The notes below the pieces were generated by a model, which did not search any database, was not told the origin of the DNA, and worked only from the letters and a program-made list of their open reading frames with translations. From Bacillota bacterium (GTDB lineage: Bacteria > Bacillota_I > Bacilli_A > RF39 > UBA660), in the NCBI GenBank assembly GCA_015059375.1, contig SVAN01000001.1, positions 20,179-84,178 on the forward strand: a stretch of DNA of 64,000 nt, in the 5' to 3' direction. This document shows positions 48,645 to 57,669 of this stretch, piece by piece (the first letter of the stretch is position 1; each line of letters begins with the position of its first letter). A program made the position numbers and the translations under genes.

Positions 48645-48962
48645 ATGACTTATAAAAAATTAGTTAGAGATAATATTCCAGATATTATTGCCAAGAATGG
48701 AGAAAAACCGATTTTTAGAATCTTGTCTGATGAAGAGTATAAAAAAGAATTGGAAAAGAAGCTTTTAGAAGAATGTAATGAAGTAATTAATGCTGATGGC
48801 AATGATCGAGTTGAAGAGTTAGCAGATCTATTAGAGGTAGTAATGTGCCTAGCTAAATTACAAAATAAAAAGATAAATGATATTTTAAAAGTTAGTGAAA
48901 TAAAAAGAGATAAGCGTGGAACTTTTGCCAAAAAAATATATTTAGAAAATGTAGAAAAATAA
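48645..48962 (+). CDS. MazG-like nucleoside-triphosphate pyrophosphohydrolase, small all-α type (start at MTYKK after GGAGG)
   Basis: YKKLVRDNIPDII…EE…EVINADGNDRVEELADLLEVVMCLA fits the short MazG/HisE-like NTP-PPase signature (EExxE…D). Confidence 0.5.
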   Translation: MTYKKLVRDNIPDIIAKNGEKPIFRILSDEEYKKELEKKLLEECNEVINADGNDRVEELADLLEVVMCLAKLQNKKINDILKVSEIKRDKRGTFAKKIYLENVEK

Positions 48963-48966
48963 TGAG

Positions 48967-49848
48967 ATGATTATGAAAAATAGAGTTTTAGAAATAAAAA
49001 AATTAACAAAATATTATGGAAATGTTTTAGCGGTTAAAAATTTATCGTTAAGCTTAAACCAAGGAGAAGTTTTTGGCTTTATTGGTCCAAATGGCGCGGG
49101 AAAATCGACTACTATTCGTTGTATAATGAATTTAATCAATAAAAACGATGGTGAAATCTTAATTAATGGAACTGCTTTTGATAAGGATAATATATCCCTA
49201 AAGAAGTTAATTGGATATTTACCTAGTGAGATTCATTTATATGATGATTTAACTGTTAAAGAAATGTTAGATTATCATGAATCATTTTATTCAGAGCAAC
49301 TTTGTGAAAGAAGAAAAATGTTGGTTAAAAGACTTAAGATTGATGAAACAAAAAAAATAGAGGATTTATCATATGGAAATAAGAAAAAATTAGGGATTGT
49401 TTTAGCGTTTATGCATGAACCGGATTTATTAATTTTAGATGAGCCGACCAGCGGATTAGATCCAATTATGCAAAATGTTTTTTTTGAACTTATCAAGGAA
49501 GAAAAAGAAAAGGGCACAACCATCTTTTATTCAACACACATTCTTAGTGAAATAGCTAAAATATGTGATCGAGTAGGAATAATTAAAGATGGTAAATTAT
49601 TGAATGTTGAAACAATCGAAGAACTACAAAATAAAAACTTAATAACAGTTACTATTGAAACTAAACAAATTGACGAAATTATTAAAAGGTTGGAAGTGGA
49701 AGTGATTAGTCGTAATAATAATCAAATTACTTTTAAAAACAATAGTGATATTAATAAATTAATTAAAGTATTAAGCGATTTTTCAATTGATACGCTTTTA
49801 ATAAACGAACCAACGCTCGAAGAAGTGCTGCTTCATTATTATAAATAG
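48967..49848 (+). CDS. ABC transporter ATP-binding protein (ABC-2/NatA-like)
   Basis: Walker A GPNGAGKST, signature LSYGNKKKL, Walker B LLILDEPTSGLD, H-loop …YSTHIL…. Confidence 0.85.
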   Translation: MIMKNRVLEIKKLTKYYGNVLAVKNLSLSLNQGEVFGFIGPNGAGKSTTIRCIMNLINKNDGEILINGTAFDKDNISLKKLIGYLPSEIHLYDDLTVKEMLDYHESFYSEQLCERRKMLVKRLKIDETKKIEDLSYGNKKKLGIVLAFMHEPDLLILDEPTSGLDPIMQNVFFELIKEEKEKGTTIFYSTHILSEIAKICDRVGIIKDGKLLNVETIEELQNKNLITVTIETKQIDEIIKRLEVEVISRNNNQITFKNNSDINKLIKVLSDFSIDTLLINEPTLEEVLLHYYK

Positions 49849-50649
49849 GTGATTTATATGTTTAAAAGAGAAATGAAAATAAATTTTAAAAGTTTTATTG
49901 TTTGGTTATCGGTGTTATTATCGGTATTTTTAATTACATTTTTGATGTATCCTTCGATTATTAACAGTGATAATATTAAAATGATGGATGAGTTAATGAG
50001 CGTTTTTCCCGAAGAAATGTTGAAAGCCTTTAACTTTGATATTTCATCAATGGAAAGTGCCTATGGTTGGTTAAAATCGGAGGGATTTGTATTTGTTCTT
50101 TTGATAATCGGATGTTATTCGGGAATCTTAGGTTCAAATCTTTTACTAAAAGAAGAAAATGATCAAACAATTGAGTATTTAAATAGTTTACCAATCACTC
50201 GAAGTAAAATAATTTCAAGTAAAGTTACTGTGGGCATCATTTATATAATTCTAATGATTGTCATTTTAGGAATTTTTAATTATATAGGCTTATCTTTAAG
50301 TGGAGACTTTGATAAGAAACAATATTTTTTGTTAAGTGTTACGCCTATGTTTTCTTCGTTAGTAATTTATTTTGGCTGTCTATTTTTATCAACATTTACT
50401 CATAAAACTAAAAAGATGTCGGGAATAAGCTTAGGAATTGTATTAGTTAGTTATTTTTTTCAAATGTTATCATCAATGTCTGAAGCAACTGAGTTTTTAA
50501 AGTATATTTCTATTTTTACTTTAGCGGACATTCGTAATGTTATTTTAAAAATATCAATTAATCCAATAATGATTATTATCAGCATCTGTTTGTCGCTGTT
50601 TTTCCTTGTTTTGACTATCATTAGGTATAATGATAAAGAATTATTATAA
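49849..50649 (+). CDS. ABC-2 family permease
   Basis: Six TM, no soluble domains; start immediately after the ATPase stop. Confidence 0.6.
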   Translation: MIYMFKREMKINFKSFIVWLSVLLSVFLITFLMYPSIINSDNIKMMDELMSVFPEEMLKAFNFDISSMESAYGWLKSEGFVFVLLIIGCYSGILGSNLLLKEENDQTIEYLNSLPITRSKIISSKVTVGIIYIILMIVILGIFNYIGLSLSGDFDKKQYFLLSVTPMFSSLVIYFGCLFLSTFTHKTKKMSGISLGIVLVSYFFQMLSSMSEATEFLKYISIFTLADIRNVILKISINPIMIIISICLSLFFLVLTIIRYNDKELL

Positions 50650-50700
50650 TAAAAAAGAAATTTATGCTATAATATATTTTTGATGAAAGAAGGCGTTTAA

Positions 50701-51318
50701 ATGGAAAAAATGACTAAGCAACAAATTATTGAAATTGGCGAAAAAATCTTAGAGAGAGCAGATGTTATTGCCCAACATGGAACATCAATTAATAATGCTT
50801 TAAGTATTATGAAAACAGGTTTTAATTATACAAGAACTAGTATGGTGATGCATACTTCAAAAAATGTTCCAGAGCTATGTACATATGGTTGGAAGGAAAA
50901 TGCTGCTGGTGATGCTGCAAATGTTATAATCAGTGTGCCAAAAACTTTTTTTAAACAGATGCTTGGATATAGTGATGAAGAATATCAAAACTGGATAAAT
51001 AATATACCTTGCAAAAATGCCACAGAGCTTTTACTGAGAAGCTTAACCACTATTGAATTTGATGCTCCGGGTGTAGTGTTCGCAGCTCATGTTCCAAAGG
51101 AATTTATTAAAGGAACGTTTATCTACACAGATAATAAAAACTATTTGTCATTTATGGGAGATTGGGAAGCGGGGATGGATCATCTAACTTATCTGGAAAA
51201 CGAAAATTACTTTGAAAATTTGACGTTTGAAGAGCGATTTACCTTTGTAGAACAAATGCGTAATAAAGTTTTTGGAAATGATAATTCATTAGATAATACA
51301 AGTAAAAAACGGATGTAA
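50701..51318 (+). CDS. hypothetical cytoplasmic protein (205 aa)
   Basis: No recognisable motif; contains …AQHGTS…YTRTSM…. Confidence 0.3.
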   Translation: MEKMTKQQIIEIGEKILERADVIAQHGTSINNALSIMKTGFNYTRTSMVMHTSKNVPELCTYGWKENAAGDAANVIISVPKTFFKQMLGYSDEEYQNWINNIPCKNATELLLRSLTTIEFDAPGVVFAAHVPKEFIKGTFIYTDNKNYLSFMGDWEAGMDHLTYLENENYFENLTFEERFTFVEQMRNKVFGNDNSLDNTSKKRM

Positions 51319-51351
51319 AGTTCGTTTTTTCTTTTGCTATGATATAATGTC

Positions 51352-53247
51352 TTGGAAAGGAAATTTGCTATGCAATACAAAATTATTAATGGTGCTATAT
51401 CATTTGGAGATAAAACGGTTTTAGAAGAAATTAATTTTGAAATAAATGACCATGATAAAATAGCTATTGTTGGTCGTAATGGAAGTGGTAAGACTTCTCT
51501 TTTAAAGTCGCTTTTAGACAATGAGATGCTGGAAACTGGTCTTGGAGAGGATAATTTGCAGATTATTAAAAGTAATAATCCAGTTATTGGCTACCAAATG
51601 CAAGAAGCATTTACAAACTTAAATGTTACACTAAGTGATGAAATTTTAAAAGTATATGCGCCTTTAGTTAATTTACAAAAGAAAATTGAAAAACTAGAAA
51701 AAAAACTTGAACAAGAAAATAATGATGAAATTTTAGAAAGTTATCTTAAAGCCATAGATCAATATAAAGTTTTAGGAGGATATTCTTACCAAAAAGAGTA
51801 TGAAACTGCTCTTTTAAAATTCGGCTTTACTAAAGAAGATAAACAAAAGTTGTTAGCAGATTTTTCTGGCGGTCAAAGAACTAAAATATCATTTTTGAAA
51901 TTGTTATTAAGTAAACCGGATATTCTGCTTTTGGATGAACCTACAAATCATTTAGATATTAAGGGAATTGAATGGCTTGAAAAATATTTAAGCAATTACC
52001 CTAAAGCGATAGTTGTGGTTTCTCATGACCGAATGTTTTTAGATAAAATAGTTAACAAAGTATATGAAATTGAATACTCTTCGTTGACCAAGTATAAGGG
52101 AAATTATTCGTCTTATGAAAAGCAAAAGAAAATGAACTACGAAAAGCAGTTGTCTGATTATGAATATCAACAAAAGGAGATTAAAAGATTAAAAGATATT
52201 GCACAAAGGTTTAAATATAAGCCGAGTAAAGCATCAATGGCCATGTCGAAACTAAAAAAAATCCAACAGATGCAGATTGTAGAAAAACCTCAGAAAGCCG
52301 ATAGTAAAAAATTTAAAGGTCAAATTAAAATTAAAGAGGAAAGCAGTAATAATGTTCTTTCTGTAAAAGAACTAGCAATTGGTTATAATAATACGATTCT
52401 TTCGAAAGGGTCATTTGAACTTTTTAAAGGTCAAAAAGTTGGGGTAATTGGTGAAAATGGCAAAGGTAAATCCACACTTTTAAAAACGTTAATGGGAATA
52501 ATTCCTAAAATTAGTGGTAAATATTCTTATGGTTTTAATGTTAAAACGGCTTATTTTGATCAACAAATGGAATTTTTAGATGATGAAAACACCGTATATG
52601 ATGAATTAATTCAAAGCATAAAGGAAACTGATCCTTTGACTATTCGCAAACTCTTAGGAGCTTTTTTATTTACAGGCGATGATATTTTTAAAAAAATTAA
52701 GATTCTATCTGGCGGTGAAAAAGTACGATTGTCATTATGCAAAATTTTGTATTCTCAACCCAACTTTTTACTTCTTGACGAACCTACAAATCATTTAGAC
52801 ATTATTGGTAAAGAAACTTTAGAAGAAATTTTAAAAAACTATGAAGGAACCATTCTTTTTGTTTCCCATGATCGTTATTTTATTAATAAACTTGCTGATA
52901 GTCTTTTGGTATTCGAAGATAATATTATAAAACCATTTAATGGAACATATAGTGAATATATTATAAAGACTAATGAGAAAGACTCTTTGCAAAAAAATGT
53001 TAATATGCCAAAGGTCAAAAATAGTAAGGTTGATAATCCTAAAAATATTAAAGTGATGATAAAAAAAGTGGAGAAAGAAATTAGTGCTTTGGAAAAAGAG
53101 ATTGGTAATATTCAGAAATTAATGTTAGAAAAAGACAATTATACAGATTATCAAAAAATTAATGATTTACAAAAGCAACTAAAAAATAACGAAGATTTAC
53201 TTGCGTCAAAAATGCAAGACTGGGAAAATTTAAGTAATAGCATTTAA
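51352..53247 (+). CDS. ABC-F family ATPase (Uup/YfmR-like, two ABC domains + C-terminal coiled coil)
   Basis: Domain 1 GRNGSGKTS / FSGGQRTKISF / LLLDEPTNHLD; domain 2 GENGKGKST / LSGGEKVRL / LLLDEPTNHLD; ~100 aa inter-domain linker; no TM. Confidence 0.85.
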   Translation: MERKFAMQYKIINGAISFGDKTVLEEINFEINDHDKIAIVGRNGSGKTSLLKSLLDNEMLETGLGEDNLQIIKSNNPVIGYQMQEAFTNLNVTLSDEILKVYAPLVNLQKKIEKLEKKLEQENNDEILESYLKAIDQYKVLGGYSYQKEYETALLKFGFTKEDKQKLLADFSGGQRTKISFLKLLLSKPDILLLDEPTNHLDIKGIEWLEKYLSNYPKAIVVVSHDRMFLDKIVNKVYEIEYSSLTKYKGNYSSYEKQKKMNYEKQLSDYEYQQKEIKRLKDIAQRFKYKPSKASMAMSKLKKIQQMQIVEKPQKADSKKFKGQIKIKEESSNNVLSVKELAIGYNNTILSKGSFELFKGQKVGVIGENGKGKSTLLKTLMGIIPKISGKYSYGFNVKTAYFDQQMEFLDDENTVYDELIQSIKETDPLTIRKLLGAFLFTGDDIFKKIKILSGGEKVRLSLCKILYSQPNFLLLDEPTNHLDIIGKETLEEILKNYEGTILFVSHDRYFINKLADSLLVFEDNIIKPFNGTYSEYIIKTNEKDSLQKNVNMPKVKNSKVDNPKNIKVMIKKVEKEISALEKEIGNIQKLMLEKDNYTDYQKINDLQKQLKNNEDLLASKMQDWENLSNSI

Positions 53248-53300
53248 TTAAGTAATGGTATTTACATAGTTATAAATGTAGTAGGAAAGGCGGTATTAAG

Positions 53301-53972
53301 ATGCCAAATATTAACGAAATTGTGAAAACTCGGCATTCAGTTCGACGATATAAAGATGATTTAATTCCTGATAACATTGTTTTTTTTCTAAAAGAAAAAC
53401 TGGCCAAGATTAATAGCGATACTAATTTGAATTTTCAGCTTATTTTAAATGATAAAGAAACATTTTCGGCTTATAAATTACATTATGGCAAGATTTATAA
53501 TTGTGCAAACTATATTGCTTTGATTGGTAATAAACAAAGCAAAAATTTAGATGAATTAGTTGGATATTATGGCGAGAAAATAGTTTTAGAGATTCAAAAA
53601 CTAGGTTTAAATACATGTTGGGTAGGCGCGGGCTATAGTCGAAAAAAATTAAATATAAAATTAAATCGTGGGGAAAGACTAGTGTGTGTCATAGCTCTAG
53701 GTTATGGCACTTATCCGGGCAAAGAACGTCCTAGTAAGACATATGAAGAGGTGTCTGTTACGTCAAAGGCACCAGATTGGTATTCTAGAGGGATTGAATA
53801 TGCGCTTTTAGCCCCGACGTCAATGAATAGGCAGAACTTTAAATTTGAACTTCACGAAAATAATGTTGTATCATTAAAAGTCGGAATTGGACCTTTTGCT
53901 AAAGTAGACTTTGGAATTGTTAAATATCATTTTGAATTAGGAGCCGGAATTCAAAATTTTAAATGGAAGTAA
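53301..53972 (+). CDS. nitroreductase-family protein
   Basis: …VKTRHSVRRYKDDLIPD… (FMN-binding N-terminal motif). Confidence 0.65.
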   Translation: MPNINEIVKTRHSVRRYKDDLIPDNIVFFLKEKLAKINSDTNLNFQLILNDKETFSAYKLHYGKIYNCANYIALIGNKQSKNLDELVGYYGEKIVLEIQKLGLNTCWVGAGYSRKKLNIKLNRGERLVCVIALGYGTYPGKERPSKTYEEVSVTSKAPDWYSRGIEYALLAPTSMNRQNFKFELHENNVVSLKVGIGPFAKVDFGIVKYHFELGAGIQNFKWK

Positions 53973-54029
53973 TCTTTCCATTTTCTTTTTATGTAAAATT
54001 AGTGTATGATTAATATGGAGAGTGATTTT

Positions 54030-55028
54030 ATGAAAATATTAGTTACAGGTGGTACTGGCTATATTGGTAGTCATGCTTGTGTCGAATTATTAAATGCAGG
54101 TTATGAAATTGTAGCTATTGATAATTTTAGTAACTCAAAACCCGAAGTGGTTCAAAAAATAAAAGAAATTACGAAAAAAGAGTTTATTTTTTATGAAGGC
54201 GATGTGTGTGATAAAGATATTTTAAATAAAATATTTAAAGAAAATAAAATTGATGCTGTAATACATTTCGCTGGATTTAAAGCTGTTGGTGAATCAGTTC
54301 AAAAACCACTTAAATATTATCGTAATAATTTGGATTCAACTTTATCTTTATTAGAAGTAATGACTGAATTTAATTGTAAAAAAATTGTGTTCTCATCAAG
54401 CGCTACTGTCTATGGTCAGCCAAAATCTTTGCCTATAAAAGAAGATTTTGCATTAAGTACGACTAATCCGTATGGATCGACCAAATTAATGATTGAAGAT
54501 ATTTTAAGGGATTTATACATTTCAGATAATACATGGAGTATAGCGCTTTTACGATACTTCAATCCAATTGGGGCTCATGAAAGTGGTTTAATTGGTGAAA
54601 ATCCTAATGATATTCCAAATAACTTAATGCCTTATATAGTTAAGGTGGCAATTGGCCAGCTGGAGGTTTTAAGTGTTTTTGGTAATGATTATGACACTCC
54701 GGATGGAACGGGAGTAAGAGATTATATTCATGTTGTTGACTTAGCTAAGGGACATGTTAAAGCAATTGAAAAAGTATTGAAAGACTCAGGCGTTGATGCG
54801 TATAATTTAGGAACAGGCAAAGGATATAGTGTGTTAGAGTTGGTAAATACTTTTATGGAAGTAAATGATGTTAAAGTAAAATATCAAATTGTTGATAGAA
54901 GACCGGGAGATATTGCGGCATGTTATGCAGATGCTATGAAAGCCAAATTGGTTCTCAATTGGCAAGCGGAAAAAGATATAAAACAAATGTGTAAAGATGC
55001 ATACAATTTTGTAAAAAAACAAAAGTAG
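54030..55028 (+). CDS. galE: UDP-glucose 4-epimerase GalE
   Basis: MKILVTGGTGYIGSH…; catalytic YGSTK (YxxxK); …NPIGAHESG…. Confidence 0.85.
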   Translation: MKILVTGGTGYIGSHACVELLNAGYEIVAIDNFSNSKPEVVQKIKEITKKEFIFYEGDVCDKDILNKIFKENKIDAVIHFAGFKAVGESVQKPLKYYRNNLDSTLSLLEVMTEFNCKKIVFSSSATVYGQPKSLPIKEDFALSTTNPYGSTKLMIEDILRDLYISDNTWSIALLRYFNPIGAHESGLIGENPNDIPNNLMPYIVKVAIGQLEVLSVFGNDYDTPDGTGVRDYIHVVDLAKGHVKAIEKVLKDSGVDAYNLGTGKGYSVLELVNTFMEVNDVKVKYQIVDRRPGDIAACYADAMKAKLVLNWQAEKDIKQMCKDAYNFVKKQK

Positions 55029-55099
55029 GATTCTAGAAAAATCCCACTTTTTCTTTCTATTATGATATATTTATTAGGTGATAAGTGATAGGAAGTAAA

Positions 55100-55495
55100 A
55101 TGCGAGTATTAAGTATAAAAGAACCATATGCTAGTTTAATTAAAGCTGGTATTAAAAAGATTGAAACCCGAAGTTTTAAAACAAATTATCGGGGCGAATT
55201 ATATATTCATGCTAGTCAAACCAAAATGAAATGTAGTAGCGATATAGAAAGGATGTTAAATCTTATTAATCCTATGCCGGGATATATACTATGTAAATGT
55301 ATTTTAAAAGATTGCATTTATATGGATGAAAGTTTTATTTCATCTGTTAAACAAACAGATGAGTATCGATATGGCTATTATGAAGTAGGAAGATATGCTT
55401 GGATTTTAGAGAATATTGAGAAAATAGCGCCAGTTTTAGCAAAAGGTAAATTAGGAATATGGTACTATCAAGAAGAAAGAGGAAGTAAAAAATGA
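55100..55495 (+). CDS. ASCH (PUA-like) domain protein
   Basis: MRVLSIKEPYASLIKAGIKKIETRSFKTNYRGELYIHAS… is the typical ASCH N-terminus. Confidence 0.5.
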   Translation: MRVLSIKEPYASLIKAGIKKIETRSFKTNYRGELYIHASQTKMKCSSDIERMLNLINPMPGYILCKCILKDCIYMDESFISSVKQTDEYRYGYYEVGRYAWILENIEKIAPVLAKGKLGIWYYQEERGSKK

Positions 55496-57645
55496 ATGAG
55501 AAAATAATTAAGGAAATATGTAATGATTTGAATCTTAAAGAAAGTGGTGTTATTGCCGTTTTAAAACTTTTAGAAGAAGGCAATACAATTCCCTTTATAG
55601 CGAGATATCGGAAGGAAGCTACGGGAGCTTTAGATGAAGAACAAATTCGGAAAATTAATGAAGTTTACGAATATGAAGTAAATCTTTTAAAAAGAAAAGA
55701 AGATGTTATTAGATTGATTGATGAAAAAGGACTAATGACAGATGAACTTAAACTAAAGATTTTAGAATGTCAAAAATTGGTTGAAGTCGAAGATCTTTAT
55801 CGTCCATATAAGGAAAAAAAGAAAACAAAAGCTACTGATGCAATTAATAATGGACTTGAACCTTTAGCAAAAATGATTATGGCTTTTCCTACTACGGGAG
55901 ATTATTTAAGTTTAACTAAAAAATTTATTAATGATAAAGTGAAAGATATGGCATCAGCTTTGGAAGGAGCTGGTTATATAATAGCTGAATATATTTCAGA
56001 TAATGCTTATTATCGCAAATGGATTCGGACTTCTTTTTATAAAAATGGGATGATAGTTTGTAAAAAGAAAAAAGATGCTATTGATGAAAAGAAGACTTAT
56101 GAAATGTATTATGATTATAGTGAAAAAGTCAAAGAAATTAAACCACATCGCATTTTAGCTATTAATCGTGCTGAAAAAGAAAAAATTATTAGTGTTAATA
56201 TTGATGTTAATGAAACGGAAATTTTAAACTTTTTAGAAACTAAAATTATTAAAAATGAGGCTAGTTTTGTATGTGATTTAGTAAAAAATGCAATAAAAGA
56301 TGCTTATAAAAGATTAATTAGTCCAAGTGTTGAAAGAGAAGTAAGAAGTGAGCTTTCCGAATCAGCTGAAGTGATTGCTATTGAAAATTTTGCGCAAAAT
56401 TTAGAAAGCTTGTTAATGACCCCACCGATGAAAGGAAAGATGGTTTTAGGCTTGGATCCTGCATTTAGAACTGGGTGTAAACTTGCCGTATTAAATCCGG
56501 TAGGTAAAGTAGAGTTAATTGAAAAAATTTATCCCCATGAGCCTGTTAACAAGTATGATGAAGCCAAAAAGAAAACGGTTGATATTATTAATAAATATCA
56601 TATTGATATAGTGGCAATTGGAAACGGAACCGCCTCAAGAGAAAGTGAAAGATTTATTATTGATGTTATCAAAAGTTTAGATAGAAAGCTAGAATATATT
56701 ATTGTTAGCGAAGCTGGAGCAAGTGTATATAGTGCATCGAAATTGGCCATCGAAGAATTCCCTTACTTACATGTCGAAGAAAGAAGTGCTGTAAGTATCG
56801 GAAGACGACTACAAGACCCTTTAGCGGAATTAGTTAAAATTGATCCAGAAAGTATTGGTGTTGGTTTATATCAACATGATGTAGCAGGTAAAAAACTATC
56901 TGAATCCCTAGATTTTGTCGTTAGTAAAGCAGTAAATAGTGTAGGGGTTAATATTAATACGGCTAGTCCATCACTTTTGAAATATATTTCAGGAATTACG
57001 AAAAAAAATATTGAAAAAATTATTGCTTTTAGGGAAGAAAAAGGAAAGATTACTTCGCGTGAACAAATTAAAAAAGCTAAATTACTTGGTGATAAAACTT
57101 TTGAACAAGCAATCGGATTTATGCGTATTTTGGATGGTGAAAATGCTTTTGATAAAACGGATATTCACCCAGAAAGTTATGGAGTTGCCAATAATCTTTT
57201 AGAAAAATTATGTTTAAGTAAAGAAGATATTGGTACAGAAAAAATGGCAGTTGCTTTAAAAAATCAGAATGCTGATAAATTAGCAAATGAACTAGGTAGT
57301 GATAAATATACTGTAGAAGATATAATTTCATCGCTTTTAAAACCAAATCGTGATCCACGGGATGAAATGCCTAAACCCCTTTTGAAAAGTGATATTTTAG
57401 AAGCTAAAGATTTAAAAGTTGGTATGAAATTGCAAGGTACAGTTCGTAATGTAATTGACTTTGGCGCATTTATTGATATTGGACTTCATAATGATGGACT
57501 GGTTCATATTTCTAAAATGTGTGATAAGTATATTAAACATCCAAGTGAGGTTCTAAGTGTAGGTGATATTATTGATTGTTATGTAATTGACGTCAATTTG
57601 GAAAAGGAAAAAGTTTCTCTATCACTTTTAAAGCCGGAGGAGTAA
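55492..57645 (+). CDS. tex: transcription accessory protein Tex (S1 RNA-binding)
   Basis: …IPFIARYRKEATG… N-terminus; YqgF/RuvC-like and HhH domains; C-terminal S1 (…GMKLQGTVRNVIDFGAFIDIG…). Confidence 0.9.
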   Translation: MNEKIIKEICNDLNLKESGVIAVLKLLEEGNTIPFIARYRKEATGALDEEQIRKINEVYEYEVNLLKRKEDVIRLIDEKGLMTDELKLKILECQKLVEVEDLYRPYKEKKKTKATDAINNGLEPLAKMIMAFPTTGDYLSLTKKFINDKVKDMASALEGAGYIIAEYISDNAYYRKWIRTSFYKNGMIVCKKKKDAIDEKKTYEMYYDYSEKVKEIKPHRILAINRAEKEKIISVNIDVNETEILNFLETKIIKNEASFVCDLVKNAIKDAYKRLISPSVEREVRSELSESAEVIAIENFAQNLESLLMTPPMKGKMVLGLDPAFRTGCKLAVLNPVGKVELIEKIYPHEPVNKYDEAKKKTVDIINKYHIDIVAIGNGTASRESERFIIDVIKSLDRKLEYIIVSEAGASVYSASKLAIEEFPYLHVEERSAVSIGRRLQDPLAELVKIDPESIGVGLYQHDVAGKKLSESLDFVVSKAVNSVGVNINTASPSLLKYISGITKKNIEKIIAFREEKGKITSREQIKKAKLLGDKTFEQAIGFMRILDGENAFDKTDIHPESYGVANNLLEKLCLSKEDIGTEKMAVALKNQNADKLANELGSDKYTVEDIISSLLKPNRDPRDEMPKPLLKSDILEAKDLKVGMKLQGTVRNVIDFGAFIDIGLHNDGLVHISKMCDKYIKHPSEVLSVGDIIDCYVIDVNLEKEKVSLSLLKPEE

Positions 57646-57669
57646 AATATAATTAAATGGTGAGGTAAA

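Noticed and set aside
51352-53247. ABC-F protein considered as an antibiotic-resistance (ARE) factor
   Set aside because: Overall length, linker size and the C-terminal coiled-coil extension fit housekeeping Uup/YfmR-type ABC-F rather than Vga/Lsa/Msr-type ARE proteins. This cannot be decided without phylogeny, so it is reported only as ABC-F.
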